A stretch of DNA of 64,000 bases from Candidatus Aminicenantes bacterium (GTDB taxonomy: Bacteria; Acidobacteriota; Aminicenantia; Aminicenantales; Aminicenantaceae). This document shows positions 52,640-61,083 of this stretch, piece by piece. How positions within the stretch are numbered: the stretch's first letter is position 1; each line of letters begins with the position of its first letter. Location: the NCBI GenBank assembly GCA_011772475.1, contig WVZK01000044.1, positions 14,727 through 78,726 of the forward strand, in the 5' to 3' direction. The notes under the pieces are model-generated. The model was not told the DNA's origin, did no database searches, and saw only the letters and a program-made list of their open reading frames with translations. Position numbers and translations under genes: made by a program.

Positions 52640-52654
52640 GCAATTTTTGTGCCA
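52640..52654 (-). promoter_or_regulatory. sigma-54 (-24/-12) promoter of the receiver / MtrA-like / MtrB-like operon
   Basis: The minus strand reads TGGCAC-AAAAA-TTGCT, an exact consensus match, about 20 nt upstream of ATG 52618. Confidence 0.7.
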
Positions 52655-52744
52655 ATAAAAGGCACGGTCTTGGCTTTCTAATTTATTGAAAATAAATAAA
52701 TTACTTGCTATATAAATTCAGCAGTTTCTGGAGGTGACAAAAGT

Positions 52745-52758
52745 GGGTGATTTCACCC
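52745..52758. promoter_or_regulatory. candidate enhancer (UAS) palindrome for the NtrC-type activator
   Basis: GGGTGA-TT-TCACCC is a perfect 6-2-6 palindrome about 99 bp upstream of the -24 element at 52654. A related site lies at 35035-35048. Confidence 0.45.
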
Positions 52759-52842
52759 TCTAATGGGCTATATTTCCCATAATTATTAGGGGTTTACTAT
52801 TATTTTTTGAAGAGATTTTGTGAGAAGGAGTGGAGGGGGGAT

Positions 52843-54234
52843 TTACTCTGAAAAATGAAAGCGTTCGGGCGTGATATTGAATTTTTTAATCTTATAACGC
52901 AGAACATCTCGAGTAATGTTCAGTAATCTTGCGGCCTTGGTTTTATTCCCGTTTGTTTTTTTCAAGGCTTGAATCATCAGTTTTTGTTCCATATCGTACA
53001 GAGATAAGTTTTGGTCAGAAGTTTCGTCTAAGGAGCCTTCTGGAGATGAGAAAGAATCTCCGTTTAGATGAATGGGCAGATATTTGGCAGTGATTGAAGA
53101 ATTTTCTTCGAAGATCATGGCTCGTTCCACGGCATTTTTTAGCTCTCTGACATTTCCGGGCCAGTCGTATTCCAGAAAAAGCTTTTCTGTCTGCTTGTCC
53201 AATCCTTTAATGCTCTTTCTGAATTTTTTATCATAATGGAAAATGAAATGATTAGCTAAGGGCAGGATATCTTCCCTTCTCTCCCTTAAAGGCGGAATGT
53301 AGACAGGACAGACATTCAATCGATAAAACAAATCTCTCCTGAATTTTTCTTCTCTTGAGGCAAGCTCAATATCCTGGTTAGTGGCCGCTATGACTCGGAT
53401 ATCCACTTCGATATCTTTCAATCCGCCTACCCTCTTAAAAGAATGGATTTCCAGAAACCTCAACAGCTTGGCTTGGAGATGAAGGTTTAGAGTGCTTATT
53501 TCATCCAGGAACAAGGTTCCTCCGTCAGCCAGTTCGACTAGCCCTTTCTTCTGTGCCTTGGCGTCAGTAAAAGCTCCTTTTTCGTAGCCGAAGAGCTCGC
53601 TTTCCAGAAGGTTATCAGGAATGGCTGAACAGTTTATGGCGAGATAAGAGGCGTTTCTACGCCGGCTGAGATGATGAATGGCTTGAGCCAAGAGGTCCTT
53701 TCCAGTACCACTTTCTCCCTGAAGAAGAATGATAGAAGCTTCGCTTTCGGCAATCTTCTTGACCATTTCCAGGATCTGTTTCATTGCTTTTGAGTTGGTT
53801 ATAATCTGATCAGCATCAAATCTATTTTGTTCCTTTTCTTTGTAATAGGCGATTTCTTGTTTCAGAGAGGCAGCCTCCAGGGCGTTTTTTACAGTGTTCT
53901 GAAGCTTTGTGTAATCAATTGGCTTGGTGATGAAATCATAGGCTCCTCGGCGCATGGCCGTCACTGCATCTTCTATGACTCCGAAGCCGGTCATCATGAT
54001 GACCGGAAGCTCTGGCTGGGCCTTCTTTAATTCCATCAATAAATCCGTGCCTTTCTTATCCGGGAGTTTGACATCGAGCATCACGAGATCAGGTGTTTCT
54101 TCTTCTGCCAGGCGCAGGCCTTGAGCTCCGTTTTCAGCAGTAGAAGCTTCAAGGTTCCATTTGTTTAATTTCTGGCTGAGTGTCCAGCGGATGAGTTTTT
54201 CATCATCGACGATTAAGATCTTTTTTTTGCGCAT
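52843..54234 (-). CDS. sigma-54-dependent response regulator (NtrC family: REC + AAA+ + Fis-type HTH)
   Basis: 463 aa. ILIVDDE...MLDVKLPD receiver, Walker A GESGTGKD, ESELFGYEKGAFTDA (GAFTGA-type loop) and a C-terminal HTH (NKTKAARLLNITRDVLRYKIKK). Confidence 0.92.
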   Translation of the reverse strand: MRKKKILIVDDEKLIRWTLSQKLNKWNLEASTAENGAQGLRLAEEETPDLVMLDVKLPDKKGTDLLMELKKAQPELPVIMMTGFGVIEDAVTAMRRGAYDFITKPIDYTKLQNTVKNALEAASLKQEIAYYKEKEQNRFDADQIITNSKAMKQILEMVKKIAESEASIILLQGESGTGKDLLAQAIHHLSRRRNASYLAINCSAIPDNLLESELFGYEKGAFTDAKAQKKGLVELADGGTLFLDEISTLNLHLQAKLLRFLEIHSFKRVGGLKDIEVDIRVIAATNQDIELASREEKFRRDLFYRLNVCPVYIPPLRERREDILPLANHFIFHYDKKFRKSIKGLDKQTEKLFLEYDWPGNVRELKNAVERAMIFEENSSITAKYLPIHLNGDSFSSPEGSLDETSDQNLSLYDMEQKLMIQALKKTNGNKTKAARLLNITRDVLRYKIKKFNITPERFHFSE

Positions 54235-54236
54235 CC

Positions 54237-55718
54237 TTAATCTCCTTGTTGTAAAACCGGAAGTCGGATAAGAAAAGTGGTGCCTTTCCCTTCCTTGCTT
54301 TTCACTTGAATGGAACCTTGGTGGGCAGCAGTAATTTTCTTGCAGATGGAAAGACCGAGACCAGTGCCTCTGCTCTTGGTAGTGAAAAAAGGATTAAATA
54401 TCTGAGACAAGTGGTCTTTTTTTATCCCTTTCCCGTTGTCTTCAAATATAATTTCTAACTCTTTTTCATTCCTTTTGAGGAGCTTGATATCGATTTGACC
54501 TTTGTTATCTATGGCCGAAATACTGTTCAGCATGAGATTCAGCATGAGCTCTTGAATCTTGTCCGCATCTAGACGGGCTAGGGTGTTGTTAGCCAGTTTC
54601 TGAAAATGAAAGATGATATCTTTGCTTTTTTTTTGAGGTTGGGCGAGTTTGATGGCATTTTCTACACATTCGTTAGGATTAACAAGACTGAAGCTCATCT
54701 CTTTTGGCTTGGCATAGCTGAGGAGGTCCTGGATAACTTTATGCATTTTTTCGATTTGAAGCAGAATTTCATTAAATATTTCTTTCTTAGGGTCAGCGGG
54801 ATCGGTTTTTTGACCGATGATTTCCAAGGCTCCTTTCATTCCGGCGATGGGGTTTTTCATCTCATGAGCTAGCCCGGCAGCTAGCTCTCCTATGGAAGCC
54901 AGATGTTCAGCCTTTTCCATCTGCTGGCTATGCAGGTGTTCTATTTTTTGGTTAGCTTCGCGGAGCTTTTTCACCATGGCATTGAAGCTTTCAGCTAGGT
55001 TTCCGATTTCATCGTGTTTGACGACCGGAAATTGAATGTTCAAGTCTCCCTCCTGGACGGTCTTCATGTTGCCTTTTAATCGGGAAATGGGGCGATTGAC
55101 CAACTTTTCGAATAATCGGAGGATGATGAAGATGAGGATGGATATCGATACCAAGCCTATAAGAATACCCTTGAGCTGGCTTTTTTTAAGAAGAATGGCA
55201 GCAGCTGTATAATCGACGTTGATTTCTAAGATACCATTGATTTTCGCCTGAGGAGAATGGCAGGCATAGCATTCTTGTCTGTTTTCGATAAGACGAAAAT
55301 TCTGTATGGTTGATTTTGGCTTAAGGAAGTAGATATTAGATCTGGTTCCGTTCGAAAAAAGTTCTTTCAGTTTGTTTTGAATACTAGCTTCAGAGGAGCT
55401 CCCGATTTCATTCTCGTGAGAAGAGCGAAGTATCTTTCCTTCAGCAGAGATAATACGAATTTTTTTAATATAGCTGGAAGAGGCTGTTTGGCTGATGATA
55501 TCTTGAACTTCCTCTGGCTTTCCCTCTTTCATGGCCTGGAAAAGGCTGTTTTCGATCATCAAGCCTGCAACCTCAGCTTTTTGTCGGCTCACAGAGTGGA
55601 TGATGTTCCTCTGGCCTCTTAGATAGAGAACAATCAAGACAAGAGTTGTTATGATTCCGATGACTAACACATGGAGAATGACCTTATTCCTCAGACTCCA
55701 CTGCTTTAAGCTCTTCAT
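54237..55718 (-). CDS. sensor histidine kinase with a periplasmic c-type-heme motif, HAMP, HisKA and HATPase domains
   Basis: 493 aa. TM1 is VILHVLVIGIITTLVLIVLYL and TM2 is GILIGLVSISILIFIILRLF. CYACH (residues 150-154, 55271-55257) sits in the ~135-aa periplasmic loop. H-box is HEMKNPIAGM. G-boxes are present (GTGLGLSICKKI). Confidence 0.88.
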   Translation of the reverse strand: MKSLKQWSLRNKVILHVLVIGIITTLVLIVLYLRGQRNIIHSVSRQKAEVAGLMIENSLFQAMKEGKPEEVQDIISQTASSSYIKKIRIISAEGKILRSSHENEIGSSSEASIQNKLKELFSNGTRSNIYFLKPKSTIQNFRLIENRQECYACHSPQAKINGILEINVDYTAAAILLKKSQLKGILIGLVSISILIFIILRLFEKLVNRPISRLKGNMKTVQEGDLNIQFPVVKHDEIGNLAESFNAMVKKLREANQKIEHLHSQQMEKAEHLASIGELAAGLAHEMKNPIAGMKGALEIIGQKTDPADPKKEIFNEILLQIEKMHKVIQDLLSYAKPKEMSFSLVNPNECVENAIKLAQPQKKSKDIIFHFQKLANNTLARLDADKIQELMLNLMLNSISAIDNKGQIDIKLLKRNEKELEIIFEDNGKGIKKDHLSQIFNPFFTTKSRGTGLGLSICKKITAAHQGSIQVKSKEGKGTTFLIRLPVLQQGD

Positions 55719-55925
55719 CAGTTTTTCTTTATAATAAGTATATTTATGGAAACTATAGTCTTTATATAATTGATGATTATAATAGAATCAATTTATATTT
55801 ACAAGTTTGAGAAATGAGTCAGCTGAGGGGAAAAAAAGGAAACTGTTTAGAATTCTTAGAGTGGAATGGAGAGAAATACAAATATCAAAGGATAATCGTA
55901 TATATTACAGGGAGGATTCAAGATT

Positions 55926-55968
55926 CAGAAAAGAGGACCCTTTCTTTAAAATTTAAGTTCAGGTCCTC
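55926..55968 (-). terminator. possible terminator downstream of the Rrf2 gene
   Basis: On the minus strand GAGGACC (55968-55962) pairs with GGTCCTC (55939-55933), followed by TTTTCTG. The 22-nt loop is large, so the call is tentative. Confidence 0.35.
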
Positions 55969-55983
55969 AAAGGGAAGAATTCA

Positions 55984-56442
55984 CTAAGCTCTGGAAGCAG
56001 ACTTCTTTTTCGCCTGTCGATTTTTTTTCTTTTGGATTTCTATAAGGTCTTGGAGAGTTATTCCGTCGAAATAGCTTTTCAACATATTGGTGGCCTCTTT
56101 CCAGACTTCAAAAGTAGCACAGATAGGAATGCGGTTACAATAATCATTATCCTCAATGCAGTCTACCAAACAGCAGGAGCCTTCTAAAGCATGGAGAATT
56201 TCACTCAGTCTAATTTCAGAAGGAGCACGGGATAAAGTGTAACCTCCTCCTGCGCCTCGAATGCTTTTTACGAGCCTGGCAATTTTAAGGGGGATAATGA
56301 TCTGTTCTAGATAGCGAATTGATATTTCTTCTTCATCAGAGATGCTCTTGAGAATAACAGAATGATTTCCGTTATTATAATTTTGAGCAAGATTGAGCAT
56401 AAGGCGACTCCCATATCTTCCCTTAGTGGAAAGCCTTATCAT
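55984..56442 (-). CDS. Rrf2-family transcriptional regulator (IscR/NsrR-like, Cys-rich C-terminal half)
   Basis: 152 aa. MIRLSTKGRYGSRLMLNLA winged-helix start, GGGYTLSR, and cysteines in GSCCLVDCIEDNDYCNRIPIC that could ligate an Fe-S cluster. Confidence 0.85.
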   Translation of the reverse strand: MIRLSTKGRYGSRLMLNLAQNYNNGNHSVILKSISDEEEISIRYLEQIIIPLKIARLVKSIRGAGGGYTLSRAPSEIRLSEILHALEGSCCLVDCIEDNDYCNRIPICATFEVWKEATNMLKSYFDGITLQDLIEIQKKKNRQAKKKSASRA

Positions 56443-56744
56443 AGATAACTCCTTATAAATTGTTATAGAACCTAAATCTACCTAATCCACACTCTATATT
56501 AATCAATTTATTTACTTTTTTCAACATAATTTTATAGAAATTGTAAGATTTATTTTTTATCCTTGAAAGCTTGTGTTTTTCTTAAACTTAAGCTGCAGGT
56601 TAAAATCCGAGATCTACAAAAGAATACTTTCTCTAATTTTGGATGGATCAAAGAGCATCTTGAGAAGTTGATTTTTGGTTTGGAGGGCTCGATGATTTAA
56701 AGTCTGACTAAGACTATAAAAACCTGATTTGGTTCTATTCGAGA

Positions 56745-57686
56745 TTAAGATTTTGATTTTCGTTTTTGATTTTCAAGAATCCGGACAACCCTGGTCAAGG
56801 CTTCAAGATAGGGAGTAGGGCTGCCGATTTCTTTCCCGTAATCAATAATAGGCTGATAGACATACTCTACGGGATTACCAGCCTCTAGATCGAGGCTCAT
56901 CGAGGGTTTGTGATGGCCTGCGCCTGATAAATAAGCCAAGCCTTTTTCAACAAAGTCGGCTTCATACTCATAGCCTAATTTTTTTGCCACTTGGATACAT
57001 TCCAGGAGAATTTTTTCGGTGAGGAACCGTGTTTCTTCGAATTCCATAGCCTCCTTCATGGTTAAGTCAGTAGTGGCGCAGACAGGCATCAAGGCCGCGT
57101 TAAGGATTGTTTTTCTCCATTCATACTTTTTTATCTCAGGCGTGAAAACTGTTTCCAGGCCTGCATCACTGATGAATCCGGCGATTTCTTGCGCCAGAGA
57201 TTCATTCTTATCAGATAGGGCTCCGATATAGTTCGGAGGATGAAAGAAGGACATCTTGACTGTGCCCGGTTTGACAATCATTCCAGCATAATTGATAACA
57301 AACCGGAGGACATCATCCGGGCTGAGTTTTTCAGCTGCTCGGTCTTCGTTATCGATCCCATTTTGAATGAGTAAGATTTTTTGGCCGGGCTTAAAAATCT
57401 TTTTGATATCGTCTAAGACCGAATCTAGAAAATTGAATTTGACAGCGATAAAATACAAGTTAACATCGAAGCAGGCTAATCCCGCTGCTGAGATGCCTGT
57501 TCCGTTGACTTGAGTTTGGAAGTTATCGCCCGTCCCGGTGACAGATATTCCTTGTTGGTCTATGGCTAATATCAATTCTTCCTTGATGTCGATGAGGTAG
57601 ATATTCTCTTTGTTCCGGGCGAGGTGAGCAGCCATCAGGCTTCCCACAGGTCCGGCTCCGATGATTCCGATATTATGACCTGGCAT
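56745..57686 (-). CDS. 2-dehydropantoate 2-reductase family (ketopantoate reductase, PanE/ApbA)
   Basis: 313 aa. N-terminal IGIIGAGPVGSLMAAHLA Rossmann motif. The C-terminal domain carries SMSLDLEAGNPVEY (the family S-M-x-x-D...E motif). Confidence 0.75.
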   Translation of the reverse strand: MPGHNIGIIGAGPVGSLMAAHLARNKENIYLIDIKEELILAIDQQGISVTGTGDNFQTQVNGTGISAAGLACFDVNLYFIAVKFNFLDSVLDDIKKIFKPGQKILLIQNGIDNEDRAAEKLSPDDVLRFVINYAGMIVKPGTVKMSFFHPPNYIGALSDKNESLAQEIAGFISDAGLETVFTPEIKKYEWRKTILNAALMPVCATTDLTMKEAMEFEETRFLTEKILLECIQVAKKLGYEYEADFVEKGLAYLSGAGHHKPSMSLDLEAGNPVEYVYQPIIDYGKEIGSPTPYLEALTRVVRILENQKRKSKS

Positions 57687-57961
57687 TGAAGTTTCCCTGA
57701 GTATTCTTAGCCATCAGTTTTGCGGTAATTATAAAAAAAGTACCCTGTCATTGCAAACACCACAGAAAAATGTGAACAATGGGGTCGGGCCTTTATAATT
57801 TTTTAATTGGTTAAAAATTAGAACGGTCGTGCTCATATTCATGAAAAGTCAGAAAAAATTAGAACTGACTTTTTATAAAATCAGTAACTTTCAGCCTAAA
57901 ATTCCGCTATAATAAACAATAGGAATAAACTGGAAAAACAGAAAAAGGAGCCCCTTTTGGT

Positions 57962-59464
57962 ATGAATGAGGTCTATGTGGCTGGAGTCGGCTCAACTCCT
58001 TTTGGCAAGGATTTCAGACCCATCGGAGTAATTTTGGCTGATGCCTGCCAGAAGGCCATCCAAGATTCTCTATCTTTCACCACTGATTTGGTCCCCGATG
58101 CGCTGGTCATCGGCGCCATGGATCCCATAGGATTTGCCCGACAAACTGGTCTTGATTCTCTGGTGGGAATGGAAATGGCCATAGACAGAGACACAGAGAT
58201 TTATCATGTCGAACGGGGTTCAGCTACCGGAGCAGCAGCGGTAGACCTGGGAAAGCGATTGGCTTCTTCAGGACTGAAGGTCTTGGTCTGCTTCGGGGAG
58301 AAGATGAAAGGAAAACTCAAGAACGAGGAGATTCCTTCTCAAATTTCTACCGTGATATCTGAGGAAGAAAGAGAACGAGGGTTGGGAGAAATGCCGGCTG
58401 TAGCTGCTTTAGCCTCCATAAATTATATGGATGCCTATAAGATTTCCGCTAAAGAGTTCAGGAATATCTGTTACGAGATGAGCGCACGATGCCTTGGCTA
58501 TGGAGCCTTGAATGAGGTTGCTTATTTTAAAAAATCTGTCACCAGAGAAGAGTATGATAATCCTGAAATCAACAGAATTATCGCCAAACCTTTGACAAAA
58601 TTTGACTGCAGCGGGTCTTATAACGGGGCGGGAGCAGTCTATTTGGTTCCTTTTCCCACTGACATAAAACTCACCAGCGTCAGATCTGCCTTTGACAATA
58701 TAAAGATTGCCGAGCGAAAGACTCTGCTTTCCATGGAAGCGGCTGTGTTAGCTGGAAGGAAGGCCTACCAAGAAGCTTCTCTCAATCCTCATGAGATGGA
58801 CCTTTGCGAGCTCCATGACGCGTTTAAGACTGTTCCCTGGATAGTCGCTGAAGATTTAGGCCTGGCCGACAGGGGAAAAGGCCATAAGTTTGTGATGGAA
58901 GAAAAGAACACCCAAGGCAGGAGGGTTTACTTCAATCGGTCGGGGGGATTCTTAGCTAAGACCCACCCTTTAGGAGCCTCTGGCGGAGCCCAGCTGGTGG
59001 AGCTTGTCTGGCAGCTTCGAGGACACAATCAGTATCAGGAAATGTTCGGAGAGACGTTGAGTGACTTGAATTACGGGCTCTGGTTCAACATGAGTGGGTT
59101 TGGTAATGCCTGTATCGTCGGGATTGTGGAGAGGACCGAACCAACGCGGAGGCGGGAAGGATTCAAGGAAGAATACCAGCCTCAATCCATTCCTGAAGAG
59201 CTTATTTCTAAAGAGGCGCCCCCGAAAGATAAGGTTCTGGTAACGACAGAATATATATCTCCCGAAGATGAGAAGGTTAACGTAGCTATCATTCAGACCA
59301 GGGAGGGCGATTTCAGGATCGGACTAGCCAAAGGCCCCCATGGCGTGAAAAAAGGAAAATACATAAAATGGGTCAAGCCTGAAGAAGGGCCCTATTTTAT
59401 AAAAGAAGGGTATATTAAGGGAAAATTGTCCGACTTCCTCCGCCTCTTCCGCAAAAAATCATAA
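57962..59464 (+). CDS. thiolase-like (SCP-x/archaeal-type) protein fused to a C-terminal DUF35/OB-fold-like segment
   Basis: 500 aa. VYVAGVGSTPFGK start, CELHDAF and GASGGAQLVEL thiolase-like motifs. GSATG occupies the position where the nucleophilic Cys (C-A-[ST]-G) is expected. The last ~100 aa (KVLVTTEYISPEDEKVNVAIIQTREGDFRIG...) resemble DUF35. Confidence 0.6.
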   Translation: MNEVYVAGVGSTPFGKDFRPIGVILADACQKAIQDSLSFTTDLVPDALVIGAMDPIGFARQTGLDSLVGMEMAIDRDTEIYHVERGSATGAAAVDLGKRLASSGLKVLVCFGEKMKGKLKNEEIPSQISTVISEEERERGLGEMPAVAALASINYMDAYKISAKEFRNICYEMSARCLGYGALNEVAYFKKSVTREEYDNPEINRIIAKPLTKFDCSGSYNGAGAVYLVPFPTDIKLTSVRSAFDNIKIAERKTLLSMEAAVLAGRKAYQEASLNPHEMDLCELHDAFKTVPWIVAEDLGLADRGKGHKFVMEEKNTQGRRVYFNRSGGFLAKTHPLGASGGAQLVELVWQLRGHNQYQEMFGETLSDLNYGLWFNMSGFGNACIVGIVERTEPTRRREGFKEEYQPQSIPEELISKEAPPKDKVLVTTEYISPEDEKVNVAIIQTREGDFRIGLAKGPHGVKKGKYIKWVKPEEGPYFIKEGYIKGKLSDFLRLFRKKS

Positions 59465-59465
59465 T

Positions 59466-59698
59466 TTGGGGTCAGACCAAGCTATCTCATTTATTTTTAA
59501 TAAGATAGTTCTAATTTAGGCTTGTTTTTAGCTCTTAAAGCGCCGTTTTTAGGGGCAAAATCATCACTTTAAGCACTCTAGGCCCGTTTTCTTAAAACAG
59601 TGTTTTTGACCCCGAAATCTGCATTTTAAGAACCAAAATACCATTAAAATTGAACTTTATTTATTTAATTTCAATTAGTTAGTTTGGTCTGACCCCAA
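59466..59698. mobile_element. MITE-like non-autonomous element (233 bp) with 15-bp perfect terminal inverted repeats and a TAAT target-site duplication
   Basis: TTGGGGTCAGACCAA (59466-59480) is the exact reverse complement of TTGGTCTGACCCCAA (59684-59698). TAAT directly flanks both ends (59462-59465 and 59699-59702). There is no ORF inside. Confidence 0.55.
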
Positions 59699-59712
59699 TA
59701 ATTAAGTTTTTA

Positions 59713-59742
59713 TTGACAGGCGGAAGAAGGGGTAACTATAAT
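59713..59742 (+). promoter_or_regulatory. sigma-70-type promoter of the thiolase-hbd-acyl-CoA dehydrogenase-crotonase genes
   Basis: TTGACA (59713-59718), an 18-nt spacer, then TATAAT (59737-59742). Confidence 0.55.
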
Positions 59743-59812
59743 AGTGGCTCTCCGATGAAGTCTCTTTTATATGGTGCTTCACATCAAGAATTCATAAACA
59801 GGGAGGTTACCC

Positions 59813-60997
59813 ATGAGTGATATTGTCATTGGCAGCGCTGTCAGAACAGCTGGAGGCAGTTTTGGCGGTTCTTTCAAAAGAGTTTCTGCTGTAGAATTAG
59901 GAGCTCTTGTCCTTCAGGAGGCTGTTCGACGGGGTGAGATCGAGCCCAACCAGGTGGAAGAAGTGGTCTTCGGTACTGGATGGCAGGCCGGACTCGGACC
60001 AAATATTGGGCGTTTGGCTACTGTTAAGGGAGGTCTACCCCATGAAGTTCCCGCCTTTACCGTGAACAAGCGCTGTGGTTCCTCGCTGCGAGCTGTTTCT
60101 TTAGCTGCCCAGATGATCAAGGCCGGAGATGCAGAGGTCATTTTGGCTGGTGGAGCTGAGAACACTTCCCAGGTTCCCTACATTGCTCAGGGAGCTCGAT
60201 GGGGGAACCGCATGGGAGACAGCAAATTGATCGATATCATGCACCAGGATGGCTTCATGTGCCCCTTAGCCGGCCATCTGATGGGAATGACTGCGGAAAC
60301 ACTCGTCGAAAAATATTCTATCAGCCGTGAGGAACAGGATACTTTTGCCCTTGAAAGCCAGGAAAAAGCTCTTAAAGCGGTAAAAGAAGGCAAGTTCAAA
60401 GAAGAAATCCTTCCGGTGGAGGTGCCGTTAAAAAAAGGACAAACAGAGACCTTTGACACCGAGGAGATCCCGAGAGAGGGAGTCACTTTAGAGAAACTGG
60501 GTAAACTCCCACCGGTTTTTAAAAAGGATGGATCTGTCACAGCTGGAAACAGCTGTGCTCTCTGCGATGCTGCTGCAGCCGTCTTAGTCATGAAAAGCGA
60601 CAAGGCCTCTGAGTTTGGAGTCAAGCCCCTTGCCAAAATTGTATCCTACGCTCATGCTGGAGTTGACCCGGCTGTTATGGGGATAGGACCCGTGCCAGCT
60701 GTTAATAAAGCCTTGGAGAAAGCCGGACTCAAACTTGAAGACATTGACATTATCGAACTCAACGAAGCCTTCGCAGCTCAAATCTTGGCTGTTGAGCGCG
60801 ACCTGGAATGGGACCGGGCCAAGGTCAATGTGCACGGCGGAGCCATAGCGCTCGGCCATCCTGTGGGTGCTACTGGAGCGAAAATACTGACGACTTTGCT
60901 CTATGCTCTGAAAACTTATGATAAGACTCTGGGATTAGCGAGCATGTGCATCGGAGGCGGACAGGGCGTAGCTCTTATAGTCGAAAGACTATCTTAG
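59813..60997 (+). CDS. acetyl-CoA C-acetyltransferase (thiolase II)
   Basis: 394 aa. VNKRCGSSLRAV (active-site Cys), NEAFAAQ, HGGAIALGHPVGATG and MCIGGGQG motifs. Confidence 0.93.
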   Translation: MSDIVIGSAVRTAGGSFGGSFKRVSAVELGALVLQEAVRRGEIEPNQVEEVVFGTGWQAGLGPNIGRLATVKGGLPHEVPAFTVNKRCGSSLRAVSLAAQMIKAGDAEVILAGGAENTSQVPYIAQGARWGNRMGDSKLIDIMHQDGFMCPLAGHLMGMTAETLVEKYSISREEQDTFALESQEKALKAVKEGKFKEEILPVEVPLKKGQTETFDTEEIPREGVTLEKLGKLPPVFKKDGSVTAGNSCALCDAAAAVLVMKSDKASEFGVKPLAKIVSYAHAGVDPAVMGIGPVPAVNKALEKAGLKLEDIDIIELNEAFAAQILAVERDLEWDRAKVNVHGGAIALGHPVGATGAKILTTLLYALKTYDKTLGLASMCIGGGQGVALIVERLS

Positions 60998-61083
60998 CTC
61001 TTTCCTTAAACCTGCCAACTTGGATGTATTGAAGGTTTGGAAATAGATATTTAGGATTATTAACTTAAAACGGAGGAATTAGG

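Noticed and set aside
59520-59620. CRISPR-like or tracrRNA-like GTTTTTAG strings
   Set aside because: The strings are short, non-identical and irregularly spaced, and they lie inside the TIR-bounded element. No repeat-spacer periodicity and no cas genes are present in the window.
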